DNA of 64,000 bases, from NCBI GenBank assembly GCA_039208735.1, contig JBCCQY010000006.1, positions 44,475-108,474 of the forward strand, given 5' to 3'. This document shows, piece after piece, positions 48,906 through 58,056 of this stretch. The notes below the pieces were generated by a model. The model was not told where the DNA came from. It was given only the letters and a program-made list of their open reading frames with translations, and did not search any database. The position numbers were made by a program, and so were the translations under genes. Origin of the DNA: Myxococcota bacterium. GTDB taxonomy: Bacteria; Myxococcota_A; UBA796; GCA-2862545. The first letter of the stretch is position 1. The number at the start of each line of letters is the position of its first letter.

Positions 48906-49445
48906 ATGTTTTCTTTTCGCTTGCAATGGGGTGACATCTTGCGCCACGGGCTCGTCTTGAGCGCCGGCTTCACCGCGGTGGTCTTGCTGTCCTACTGGAT
49001 CGAACCGCTTGTCTGGGCGAATGACTTTCCACCCGAAGTACAGGACGCCCTTGGCCCTATCCCTCCGTCTGCGCGTTGGTTTGGCGTCGTTGTCTTCGTG
49101 TCCATCTTGAGCATGCTGTTCGGGGTTCCCTACCGACTCGGACGCAAGCTGCGGAAGCAGGGTGGCGAGGCGTCCAGCTTCGCAAGTGTGTTCATCCACG
49201 CTCTTTTGGTGCTGATGCTGCTCAACGTCTGGGATCTTCTCGTGGTCGACATCTTCATCTTTGGGGTTCTGAAGCCCGACTTCATGATGATTGTCGAGGC
49301 GAAGGAGTGGTTGGTGGAGAATGTGACCACAGCCTTCCACGTTCAGGCCTTTTTCATCGGAGTGCCCATACTAGTCGCAATTGCCCTCGCTGCTTCGGCG
49401 TGCGCGGCTACCGCACCCGGTCAAACTGCAGCACTTCTCCGGTGA
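48906..49445 (+). CDS. Hypothetical four-TM membrane protein
   Basis: Four hydrophobic segments; DFPPEVQ, NVWDLLVVD, AFH motifs. Confidence 0.7.
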   Translation: MFSFRLQWGDILRHGLVLSAGFTAVVLLSYWIEPLVWANDFPPEVQDALGPIPPSARWFGVVVFVSILSMLFGVPYRLGRKLRKQGGEASSFASVFIHALLVLMLLNVWDLLVVDIFIFGVLKPDFMMIVEAKEWLVENVTTAFHVQAFFIGVPILVAIALAASACAATAPGQTAALLR

Positions 49446-50586
49446 CGGTCAAGCTCTCACGGGCCATGCCCTGCTCCACTTCGTACAGCGTGCTGGTGCC
49501 ATCTTCGGCGTCTTCGCGGTGCACAAAGAGGCGATTGTCTACGGCAAATGGAGGGAAGGTCAGGGCGCTCGGTGGGATGTCGAGAGACCGGGATTCCCCA
49601 GCGGGAAGATCGAGGAGCACCCAGTCCCAGATTTCCGAAAACGTCAGATCCCGCGGGTCCTCGACCGTTTTTGGATCGAACGACTCGTCGATCACCCGCG
49701 TCACGGCTTGCCCAGATGAGAGACCCGCAAATGCGCCGACCTGCACCACACCGGTCAGCGCACGCACATCGACGTAGTAATTCGGGTCAAAGGTGTTGGC
49801 CCCAGCGGGCACCCGAAGCACGCAGGGAGGGGGGAGGTCTTGCCCGCCGAGGATGGCGTAGCGGCCGTCGCCATTGTCGCCGAGCACGTAGAGTGCTCCG
49901 TCATCTCCGACGAAGGACCCTCCCGCCACGGCGCATCGGGCATCCTCAAAGATGCCCTGGACGGCTCCCGTGACCACATCGAACGCGAGGACCGCGAGCA
50001 CGGGTTCGGCCTGGACGGCAAAGTCATCGGTCCATGAGATGGTGACGAAGGCACGGTCACCCGCCCGATGGATGTCGGTTGCTTCGATGTCGAAGCCCTC
50101 GCGAGTGATGCCTTCGATCGGAATGGGCTCTCCGATCACCATCTCGGTTGGATTCCACGGCACAATCAGAGGAACATCCGTGGCCACATAGTACGCAAGT
50201 TCAGGAGAGATGAATAGGAACAATGGGCGAAAACCGTTGAGGCCGAGGTTCGCCATGCTCAACGTCTGGCCCGCCGTTAGCGTGAGGTCAGCGGCGACGT
50301 CGTAGCGGGTGATTTGCAGCGACTCCGCATCCATTGCGAACACGGCTCCGTCGAACGTGTAAGACCGCGAAAAGCCATTCAGCTCGATCGAGCGTGCCAA
50401 GTCCAGGGGGCGAGCTTCGAGATCGGGTTCGACCGAGATGTAGAACGTGCGGCCACTTGGGGTGCGAATCCGACTCCCCACCACATAGGCAGGCCCGCCG
50501 TCGGAAGGGGAAGCCATCGGCTCTGGTTCCCCCTCGGTTGTGCATGCGATGGTCGCCGCGATCATGGCAACTTGTACGCTTCGCAT
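49408..50586 (-). CDS. MxcI/DUF4374-like lipoprotein #4
   Basis: TIAC lipobox; WNPTEMVI, EDARC...GALYVLGD, PCVLRVPAGANTFDPNY; ends DRVR. Confidence 0.78.
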   Translation of the reverse strand: MRSVQVAMIAATIACTTEGEPEPMASPSDGGPAYVVGSRIRTPSGRTFYISVEPDLEARPLDLARSIELNGFSRSYTFDGAVFAMDAESLQITRYDVAADLTLTAGQTLSMANLGLNGFRPLFLFISPELAYYVATDVPLIVPWNPTEMVIGEPIPIEGITREGFDIEATDIHRAGDRAFVTISWTDDFAVQAEPVLAVLAFDVVTGAVQGIFEDARCAVAGGSFVGDDGALYVLGDNGDGRYAILGGQDLPPPCVLRVPAGANTFDPNYYVDVRALTGVVQVGAFAGLSSGQAVTRVIDESFDPKTVEDPRDLTFSEIWDWVLLDLPAGESRSLDIPPSALTFPPFAVDNRLFVHREDAEDGTSTLYEVEQGMARESLTVTGEVLQFDRVR

Positions 50587-50625
50587 TCTGTCCTCCGCCT
50601 CCGACGTAGCGTTCTCTATCGAAAC

Positions 50626-50640
50626 TGAAATTCATTTTCA
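50626..50640. promoter_or_regulatory. Fur box between divergent lipoproteins #4 and #5
   Basis: TGAAATT-C-ATTTTCA (7-1-7). Confidence 0.75.
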
Positions 50641-50676
50641 TGTGATAGGCAGGTGCAGCGATTCAAGGAGGAGACG

Positions 50677-51903
50677 ATGCGCAGCTTGCTGCTCGCTTCA
50701 GGCCTCATGGCCCTGGCGTGTGTGGAAGAGGGGCCGGTGCCCGAAGGGTCTACCGAAGTCTTGACAGAGCCTTTGTTCGCGGTGGTGGTACGGTTGCAAG
50801 GCGAGGGCGGAAGTGCGGTCGTGCTGCTCGAGAATCCGCTGACGCCTACCGATCTCGATCTCTCGAACGCCTTGCCGCTGCCTGGCAATGGAGCGGTCTT
50901 CGGTCATCCGCTTGAGCCCTCGACATTGTTCGTATTCTCGGGCGATACCGGCGTGTTGACGCGGTTTCGCATTCGTGGGGACCGAACCTTCGCAGCCGAC
51001 GGTGAGATGGCTTTTACACAGCTGCAAACATCGCTTCGGTTCTTCAGTTCCAACCACTTCACGATTCTCAGTTCCACGGAAGCGTACCTCTTCGATCCGG
51101 TGGCGGGCGAGCTTCGGTTGTGGGATCCGGACGCCATGGTGCTTCGAGGGCGCATCGTGCTTGCGCGAGATCTGGTTCCCGGTCCGCTTCTCTTTCCGGT
51201 GGTCGGCTTTGACCAACACGTCGTCGGTGATGAGCTGTTCACCACCGTCGCGTTCGCCAACTCCATCGAGGATGTGGCGGATCGGACGAGCCTGGTGACC
51301 GTCACGGATATCAAGCGAGGCGAACTGTCGGAGATCGTGGCGATCAATACCTGTGGGTACGTCCGCCACAGCTGGCTCACCGCTGAAGGAGACCTGCTGT
51401 TTGGAACGGATGCCTTTTCCACTGCCGTTGGTGTGGCGTCGGAAGGGCAACGCAGCGGTCCATCCTGCATCATGGCATTTGATCCCGTGACGAAGGTGCA
51501 GCGGTCCACACCGGTACTTGCGGCCGAGCAAGTCTTCGATGGGGCCCCCGTCGGCAATTTCATCTTTGTGTCGGACAACCAAGCGTGGGCTCGGGTGCTT
51601 GACCCTTCGTTGTTGCCACAAGCGGCGCTCACGACCGTCGAAATCACCGGAGGCCCCTACTGGCGATGGGGCTTCATTGATGGTTTCGATGATCCAACGT
51701 GGACAATTTTGGATGACCGGCCGGTCGGTACGAGCTTCGCCGACCCCTTCGACATTGGGGACGTGCGGTACGCGGTCGAAAATGCTCCGAACTTCGAGGG
51801 GTCGCAGTTGCTGCGGCTCAATCGTGACGGCACGCTGACCCCGGGCGTTCGGACGGATCAGACGATCCGGGGCCTTTTGCCCGTGGGCGTTCCGGTTCCG
51901 TAG
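50677..51903 (+). CDS. MxcI/DUF4374-like lipoprotein #5
   Basis: AGGAGG RBS; MRSLLLASGLMALAC; WDPDAMVL, NTC...GDLLFGTD, PSCIM. Confidence 0.72.
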   Translation: MRSLLLASGLMALACVEEGPVPEGSTEVLTEPLFAVVVRLQGEGGSAVVLLENPLTPTDLDLSNALPLPGNGAVFGHPLEPSTLFVFSGDTGVLTRFRIRGDRTFAADGEMAFTQLQTSLRFFSSNHFTILSSTEAYLFDPVAGELRLWDPDAMVLRGRIVLARDLVPGPLLFPVVGFDQHVVGDELFTTVAFANSIEDVADRTSLVTVTDIKRGELSEIVAINTCGYVRHSWLTAEGDLLFGTDAFSTAVGVASEGQRSGPSCIMAFDPVTKVQRSTPVLAAEQVFDGAPVGNFIFVSDNQAWARVLDPSLLPQAALTTVEITGGPYWRWGFIDGFDDPTWTILDDRPVGTSFADPFDIGDVRYAVENAPNFEGSQLLRLNRDGTLTPGVRTDQTIRGLLPVGVPVP

Positions 51904-51933
51904 AGCAGGTTGGGCAGGAGCCGGATCTCCTTA

Positions 51934-51950
51934 TTGATATCCGTTATCAA
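51934..51950. promoter_or_regulatory. Fur-box-like site
   Basis: TTGATATC-C-GTTATCAA upstream of lipoprotein #6. Confidence 0.6.
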
Positions 51951-52005
51951 CAAGGCCGTTGCGGTGACCGACGCCGCTCACGGTCAACCTGGTCCAGGAC
52001 TCGCC

Positions 52006-53208
52006 ATGCTTCCGCTCGTTCTCTCCTTTGTTGCTTGGTTCGGCTGCGCCGTCGAACCCGAACCCGAACCCGAGTCGCCCGAGCCCACATCTGTCGGCTA
52101 CGCTCTTGGTTCCGTTGTGATCACCCCTGATGCACGCACAACCTACGTCCAGGTGCTGCCCGACCTCGATCCGAGGATGCCGATCACCAACGCGGGCGCA
52201 ATTGAGTCTCCGGGGAACGGTGTGCTGATGTCCTATGGCTCCGATGTGTTTATCGGACAGCCCGATTCCCCGGTCTGGGTCCGCTACACGGCGGACGACA
52301 ATGGTGCATTTACCGAAACCGGCCGCATCTCGCTGGCCAACCAGGGGCTGCGCCGCGTCGAGTTTGGCAACACGATCATCGACGATGAGCTGGCTCTGAC
52401 CATCAGCGCGGAGACGTTTACCGCGGTCGTCTGGAATCATCGATCGATGACCATCGAGCGCAGCATCGACATGTCGCACATGCGACGCAACAACCTCATC
52501 CTCGAGAATTTCAGCACGTCGGCGCACGAGGGGCTCGTCTACATCCCAGCCCGCTGGGGCAACGTCCTCACCGCCACGGTCTACCACGCGGTGTCCATGA
52601 CGATCGTGGACCCGCGGGCGGGTGAGATTGTCGCCATTGCCGAAGACGACCGGTGTGCAAGCGGCGGCCGCATCGTGTTCGATGCCGATGGGTACGGGTA
52701 CGTCATGGGCGATGGGCGGAACCTTTCCGCCCAAGTGGCGGCCAAAGGCGGGGGAGCGCCGGCCGCACCCACGTGCCTGCTCCGTATTCCTCCGGGGGGA
52801 ACCGAATTCGACCCGGATTGGCACGTCGAGATCCCGTCGCTCACGGGAGGCTTGAACGCAGCTACGGAACTTGAGTTCGCCGAGCAGGGAACCGGAGTTG
52901 GCTACACGTGGATGTTCCATCCCGAGATGCTGCCGAAGGACTTCGAGATTGTGGACTTCGAGTTTTGGACCTATCCGGTCTTCGAGCTGTGGCAGATCGA
53001 GCTGTCGGAGACCCCCTCCGCAAAGCCAGTGGCGAATGTTCCGTTTGGGATTCTCGGCTTCCAGGGGGCTTCTGTCGACGGCAAGCTCTACGTCGGCGTT
53101 GGTGACACGGCCCAGTCGACGGTCTACGAAATCGACTCCGAGGCGGCTGCAGGAACCCCTCGGTTCGAAATGGATGGCTATCTCTACGGACTATTCGGGT
53201 TGCGGTAG
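52006..53208 (+). CDS. MxcI/DUF4374-like lipoprotein #6
   Basis: MLPLVLSFVAWFGC; GRISL, WNHRSMTI, EDDRC...GYGYVMGDG, TCLLRIPPGGTEFDPDW. Confidence 0.78.
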   Translation: MLPLVLSFVAWFGCAVEPEPEPESPEPTSVGYALGSVVITPDARTTYVQVLPDLDPRMPITNAGAIESPGNGVLMSYGSDVFIGQPDSPVWVRYTADDNGAFTETGRISLANQGLRRVEFGNTIIDDELALTISAETFTAVVWNHRSMTIERSIDMSHMRRNNLILENFSTSAHEGLVYIPARWGNVLTATVYHAVSMTIVDPRAGEIVAIAEDDRCASGGRIVFDADGYGYVMGDGRNLSAQVAAKGGGAPAAPTCLLRIPPGGTEFDPDWHVEIPSLTGGLNAATELEFAEQGTGVGYTWMFHPEMLPKDFEIVDFEFWTYPVFELWQIELSETPSAKPVANVPFGILGFQGASVDGKLYVGVGDTAQSTVYEIDSEAAAGTPRFEMDGYLYGLFGLR

Positions 53209-54786
53209 CAAGGTGGAGCGGGCCCCCACCATGGCGGCCATCCACAGCCCGCCGGTGGTCAGCGTCAACACCACGAAGAGTCCGATGAATGCTTTTACGT
53301 AGACCGGTATGGGCAGCGGCGGACGGGTCAGGGGGCGATGGTGAGCCTGACCCGGAACAAGTGCGCCGAACGTCAACGTGGTCGCGCTCCCAGCCCAGTC
53401 CACCTTTACCTCATGGGCACGAGGGCCCTTGGCGGGCCTACCCGGCACCAGGGGGATGACCTCACCGCCTAAACGCAGCGCTAGATCAAGCTCTCCCAAC
53501 GGCCTCGGAGAGACAAGGCGGTAGGTGGATGCGGTTTCTCCGTCCGTGCGGGTGATCAGCACCTCCTCGATGTCCGCAACCGCGTGGGGCACGGGTCGGC
53601 CCGAGAGGATTGGCAGTCGCGCGGCGGTGACGCTTAGTACGGCCGACGCCATCAGGATGACGAATGTGACGGCTGAAATTCCTATGGCCCAACCTTGCCA
53701 ATGGGGAGCGGTCGAAGTGCGTGTGGCACGACGTCGCCGAGCCCGCGCGCGTGCGAGCCACGGGCCGGCCGCCACGGCCACACACAACACCCCGCCAAAG
53801 AGGAACCAAAGTCCCTTTGACCATAGGCCCGCGAAGTTTCCGAAGTGCAGCGGGTCGGCCATGTCGGACCAGCGATGGAGAACGGACTGCTCTTCTTCCC
53901 GCCACACCTCGATCACGGAAGCGTCGCGGGGATGTAGGTAGACTCGGTTGGCTCGGGAGCGGACGAACCACGCCTCTCGGCGGCCCTCCACCCAAATGGG
54001 ATCGGTGGATCGTTCACCCAGCACGATTCGCTCGATCCGCAGATTGGGGAGCGACCCTTTCGCGGCCGCCACCAGGTCACGCAGGGGAGCCCGAGGGGCC
54101 GCGGCGATGGGCACCTGCGGGCGAACAGGCTCCACAGATGTGCCAAGGTCTCTAGCCGAGACTTCGAGGAGGTACCACGAACCGGTGACGGCAATGAGTA
54201 CGCCAAAAATCACCGCCCAAAGGCCGATGGTGCGGTGGGTATCCGCATAGGCCACGAGGGCGTCGCGGCGCAGGCGCAGGCGGAAGAGGTGCCGCCAGAA
54301 GGAAGGATAGATCAGGACACCACTCAACGTACTGTACAGGAGGACCAAAGCCGCGGGCGTCACCAGGTACAACCCCTTTGGCATGAGCAGCGTTTTGTGA
54401 AACTGTCGGAGAAAGTACTTAATGTCGACGTAGTTTCGTTCATCGAGCACGACGCCGGTCGTGGGATGCAGCCAGGCCCGAATCCGCTGGCCGTGCGCCG
54501 TTTCGACCGCGGCCCAGAGTTGTCCGGTATCGGGCTCGAGACGCAGGGTGTGAACGGCTCCGTAGCGGTACTCATCGGCCAACGAAGCCTCGACGGCGTC
54601 CCAGTTTACTGGGCCTGATGCCGACGGATAGGCAGGCCCCAAGAGCACATCCAGCTCATGACCGAAGACCGCGAGCGTGCCCGAGAGACAGATCACGAAG
54701 AGGTAGAGCCCCAGCGTCACCCCAAGCCATCGGTGGAGCTGGAGCAGTCGACGCCGCCAGTTCGAATCGCGCTTGGTCCCTGACAT
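53191..54786 (-). CDS. PepSY-associated TM helix protein #2 (C-terminal extension)
   Basis: LHRWLG, FHKTLL, THRTIGLW, PLHFGNFAG. Confidence 0.9.
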   Translation of the reverse strand: MSGTKRDSNWRRRLLQLHRWLGVTLGLYLFVICLSGTLAVFGHELDVLLGPAYPSASGPVNWDAVEASLADEYRYGAVHTLRLEPDTGQLWAAVETAHGQRIRAWLHPTTGVVLDERNYVDIKYFLRQFHKTLLMPKGLYLVTPAALVLLYSTLSGVLIYPSFWRHLFRLRLRRDALVAYADTHRTIGLWAVIFGVLIAVTGSWYLLEVSARDLGTSVEPVRPQVPIAAAPRAPLRDLVAAAKGSLPNLRIERIVLGERSTDPIWVEGRREAWFVRSRANRVYLHPRDASVIEVWREEEQSVLHRWSDMADPLHFGNFAGLWSKGLWFLFGGVLCVAVAAGPWLARARARRRRATRTSTAPHWQGWAIGISAVTFVILMASAVLSVTAARLPILSGRPVPHAVADIEEVLITRTDGETASTYRLVSPRPLGELDLALRLGGEVIPLVPGRPAKGPRAHEVKVDWAGSATTLTFGALVPGQAHHRPLTRPPLPIPVYVKAFIGLFVVLTLTTGGLWMAAMVGARSTLLPQPE

Positions 54787-54867
54787 CGCTTTCCCTTGAA
54801 ACTGATCCGCAACCGGAGGGTTGCGGCTTGACCACGACTCGCCAATGCTCGTATGAGTAGATGAACA

Positions 54868-54882
54868 TGAAAGTCATTTTCA
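54868..54882. promoter_or_regulatory. Fur box between divergent PepSY units
   Basis: TGAAAGT-C-ATTTTCA (7-1-7). Confidence 0.75.
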
Positions 54883-54890
54883 ATGGGGGC

Positions 54891-55184
54891 GTGGTGAAGG
54901 GGGTTTGGACGACGAGCCTGGGAGCAACTGCATATTCGGTCGGTTCGCTCTTCGCGGCCTTCGTATTTGCCGTGATCGTCGCCGGTGGCGCCACGCAGTG
55001 GTTGCCCGAGGGAGCCGCGAAGATCGACCACATCGTGTTGCCGATCCTCGCTTTTCCCGCCGTCTGGATCACCTTTGGCTTGGTCCTTTATGCAGCTCGC
55101 CACCGACTACGGGCTTGGGGAGTGATCGGTGGAATCACCGTCGTTCATGCAGCCCTCATCGTGTACCGCTTCGCAACAACCTAG
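54891..55184 (+). CDS. Small three-TM protein preceding a PepSY gene (DUF3649-like position)
   Basis: Three hydrophobic helices; LP...DH..LPILAFPAVW. Confidence 0.65.
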   Translation: MVKGVWTTSLGATAYSVGSLFAAFVFAVIVAGGATQWLPEGAAKIDHIVLPILAFPAVWITFGLVLYAARHRLRAWGVIGGITVVHAALIVYRFATT

Positions 55185-55195
55185 GGGAGGGCGTC

Positions 55196-56836
55196 ATCGA
55201 ACCCTCGGCACGCAAAAAGCACTACCTGATGCACCGCTGGGTGGGGTTGTTCGCCTCACTGATCGGCATGCTCGTGTTCTTCTCGGGCGCTGTCGCCACG
55301 TTCCACGAAGAGATCGACAGCTGGGCAAGTCGTGGTGAACGAACCGTGGCTGTCAGCGCTGTTCCTGGCTTTTCGCTCGATGCGGCCGTGGCCAAGGCCG
55401 CCGAGGGAGTACCCGAGGCCTATCGCCACCAGGTGGACATTCGACAAGGCGAGGGCCGCCCCCTCTTCCTGTTCTTTCATGAACACGACAACCGTGACGG
55501 GACGATTCAAGAGCGTGGTGTGGCCAAGGAACTCGATCCCGCCTCGCTTGAGGTGCTCGCCCATCGTGAAGGCGACCGGCAAGCGGTGTTTGCGGATTCT
55601 CCCATTCATCAGCTCGCTCGATTCTTTATCGAACTCCACATCTTCCTGTTGATGCCGCGCAACCTTGGCCTTACCGCGGTCGGCGTAACGGGGTTTGCCC
55701 TGATGGTGTTGATCTGCACAGGCACGCTCGTGCACCGGCCGACGGCCGCGAAGTTGTTCCGGTGGCCTCGCGGGCTCGGGCGTCGTGGCTTTGGTGACCT
55801 GCACACGCTCGTGGGCCTCTGGACGCTACCCTACACCGCGATTCTTGCTCTGACAGGGACCTTCTTTGCCTTCGCCGGCACCGTGCTCATCCCTGTCATC
55901 GCGATGGTCGCATTTGGGGGGGACCAAGAAGAGCTGGTTCGAACTGTGATTGGTGAGGTTGAGGTTTCAGAATCGGCAGAAGTCGCGACGCTTGATCCCA
56001 TCTATGCGGATGCCATGGCGCGCTCCGGTGGTGCGGAACTCGAGGCCGTGGGACTCGACCAATGGACAGAGCCCGGGGCCAATGCCACGGTGAGCCTCGT
56101 CCGCCGAAGCACCCTTGGAGACACACGGCTGAACTACGTCTATGACGGCCACACGGGAGAGTTCCTCTTCGAGCGTCCCTCGTTAGGCCGCGTCCCCTCG
56201 TTGGGGGGCACGTTGGTCCAGCTCATGGGAGACCTCCACTTTGGCACCCTACTGGGTTTTGTGACGAAAGTGCTTTGGGGCCTCTTCGGCCTCGCAACCT
56301 GTGCATTGGCAGGGGCGGGATTGACGATCTACGTCCTTCGACAGCCTGAAGACCGTTGGGGAACGCGATTTGTGCGTGTCATGACCATCCTGCTTGGCGG
56401 GGGGGTCCCTCTGGCTAGCGCAGCAACGGCGCTTGCCTGGGTGGCGGGCTGCGCCGCGGGACTTTCAGACGTCGAACCGGTCATGACGATGGCTTTCCTG
56501 GCCACCCTGGTGCTTTCAGGGGGCTTGGGGGGGTTGCGCTCCTTCACGGCGGCCATGGCGAGTGCGTGGGCGGTCACGGGGATTGGACTGATCGGACTCG
56601 TGATCGCCGCCCCCCTCGCGACGGGGCTGTCGTTGCCCCAAGTGTGGGCGGACACCTCACTCCGCGAGACGCTCTGGATGGATGGCACGCTGGTTGTCCT
56701 GGGAGGCATTCTGGTTGCGATTGCCATCGTGACCTTTCGAATGGGCCGTCAGGCCCAACCGGTCGCCCCCAAAGCGGAGTCTGGCGCAGACTACGATGAC
56801 CTTCCGGACGCGATGGTCGCCCGCGAGGCGTGGTGA
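55196..56836 (+). CDS. PepSY-associated TM helix protein #3
   Basis: YLMHRWVG, ELHIFLL, DLHTLVGLW, DLHFGT plus extra C-terminal TMs. Start inferred at ATC 55196 after GGGGAGG; first in-frame ATG downstream lies inside the His motif. Confidence 0.85.
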   Translation: MEPSARKKHYLMHRWVGLFASLIGMLVFFSGAVATFHEEIDSWASRGERTVAVSAVPGFSLDAAVAKAAEGVPEAYRHQVDIRQGEGRPLFLFFHEHDNRDGTIQERGVAKELDPASLEVLAHREGDRQAVFADSPIHQLARFFIELHIFLLMPRNLGLTAVGVTGFALMVLICTGTLVHRPTAAKLFRWPRGLGRRGFGDLHTLVGLWTLPYTAILALTGTFFAFAGTVLIPVIAMVAFGGDQEELVRTVIGEVEVSESAEVATLDPIYADAMARSGGAELEAVGLDQWTEPGANATVSLVRRSTLGDTRLNYVYDGHTGEFLFERPSLGRVPSLGGTLVQLMGDLHFGTLLGFVTKVLWGLFGLATCALAGAGLTIYVLRQPEDRWGTRFVRVMTILLGGGVPLASAATALAWVAGCAAGLSDVEPVMTMAFLATLVLSGGLGGLRSFTAAMASAWAVTGIGLIGLVIAAPLATGLSLPQVWADTSLRETLWMDGTLVVLGGILVAIAIVTFRMGRQAQPVAPKAESGADYDDLPDAMVAREAW

Positions 56837-56838
56837 GC

Positions 56839-58056
56839 ATGCGCGGGGCCATCTCCAAGCTGGCCCCACCACGTATCCGACCTGTTCTCGTTGTTCTCCA
56901 TCGCGTGGTGGGCCTGTTGATCGCAGCCTTTCTCATGGTCGCAGGGCTCACAGGGTCCGTGATTGCGTTTTACGATGAGTTCGACGCTTTTGTGGCCCCT
57001 GAGCTTCATTATGTCGAGCCGGCGGGGCGAACCCTCCTCGATCCGCTTGTCGCCATACGCAATTTGGAACGGGCCCATCCGAGGGTTCAAGTGTCGTTCG
57101 TGCCGCTCGTGGTCGAGGAGGGGCGGACGATTCGTGTGTTTGCCAAGGAACAGGGCGAGTTATTCATCGACCCCTATGACGGTGCGATCGTCGGACGAAG
57201 GCCCTCTCGAGATTTGTCCCAGGGCCGCATCGCGATCGTCCCTTGGCTGCACCGGCTGCACTACTCGTTGCACCTCGGCAAGAACGGCACCCTGCTGCTT
57301 GGCTTCGCCGCGCTGTTGTGGGTCTTCGACTGCTTCGTTGGGGCAGCGCTGACCTTCCCGGCCTCGCGCAAGCGGCTGCGACCCCCCGAGTGGCTGCAAC
57401 GGTGGCGTCGGGTCTTCGGAGTCGATTCCTCCCGATGGGCGGCCTTGGGGTTTACCGGTCACCGCGCGGTTGGGTTGTGGATGTGGGGATTGCTGCTGGT
57501 GTTTGCGCTTTCGGGAACCATTCTCAACCTGCGAGCGACGTCCAATGCGGTGCTCGACGCGACCCTTGGTCTCACCGAGCGCCCCCCCACGCTGTCCTCG
57601 CCGCCGGCGGCTCCAGCCTTGACAAGGGAGCAGGCCGTAGAGCGTGCCGGGAAGCAACTGGCCGAGGCCGCGATGGAGGGCGGGTTTTCGGCGGAGCGAC
57701 TGGTCGGCATTCGCTACACCCGAGGTCGATGGATCCTTTACGCCAACTCCGATCGCGACGTGACGTGGGAACGCGGACAGACGCGGGCCTACGTCGACGA
57801 CCAGACCGGCGAGCTGGTCGCGGTCCAGACTCCCTACGATAAGCCTGGGGACCTGGTTCGTGCCACGCTCCTCGCCCTTCACATGGGCGAGGTCGGGGGA
57901 TGGCCCTACCGCCTGTTGGTGTCGGTCCTGGGACTCGGCGTCGCCTGGCTCAGTCTAAGCGGCGTGTGGATCTGGTGGCGTCGCCGCAGCCGAAGGACGT
58001 CCCCACGGTCTACTCCAGGAAGAACGCATCGATCACAACGCCGCCCTGGAACGTGA
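56839..58056 (+). CDS. PepSY-associated TM helix protein #4
   Basis: LHRVVGL, LHYSLH, GHRAVGLW, ALHMGEVGG. Confidence 0.9.
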   Translation: MRGAISKLAPPRIRPVLVVLHRVVGLLIAAFLMVAGLTGSVIAFYDEFDAFVAPELHYVEPAGRTLLDPLVAIRNLERAHPRVQVSFVPLVVEEGRTIRVFAKEQGELFIDPYDGAIVGRRPSRDLSQGRIAIVPWLHRLHYSLHLGKNGTLLLGFAALLWVFDCFVGAALTFPASRKRLRPPEWLQRWRRVFGVDSSRWAALGFTGHRAVGLWMWGLLLVFALSGTILNLRATSNAVLDATLGLTERPPTLSSPPAAPALTREQAVERAGKQLAEAAMEGGFSAERLVGIRYTRGRWILYANSDRDVTWERGQTRAYVDDQTGELVAVQTPYDKPGDLVRATLLALHMGEVGGWPYRLLVSVLGLGVAWLSLSGVWIWWRRRSRRTSPRSTPGRTHRSQRRPGT

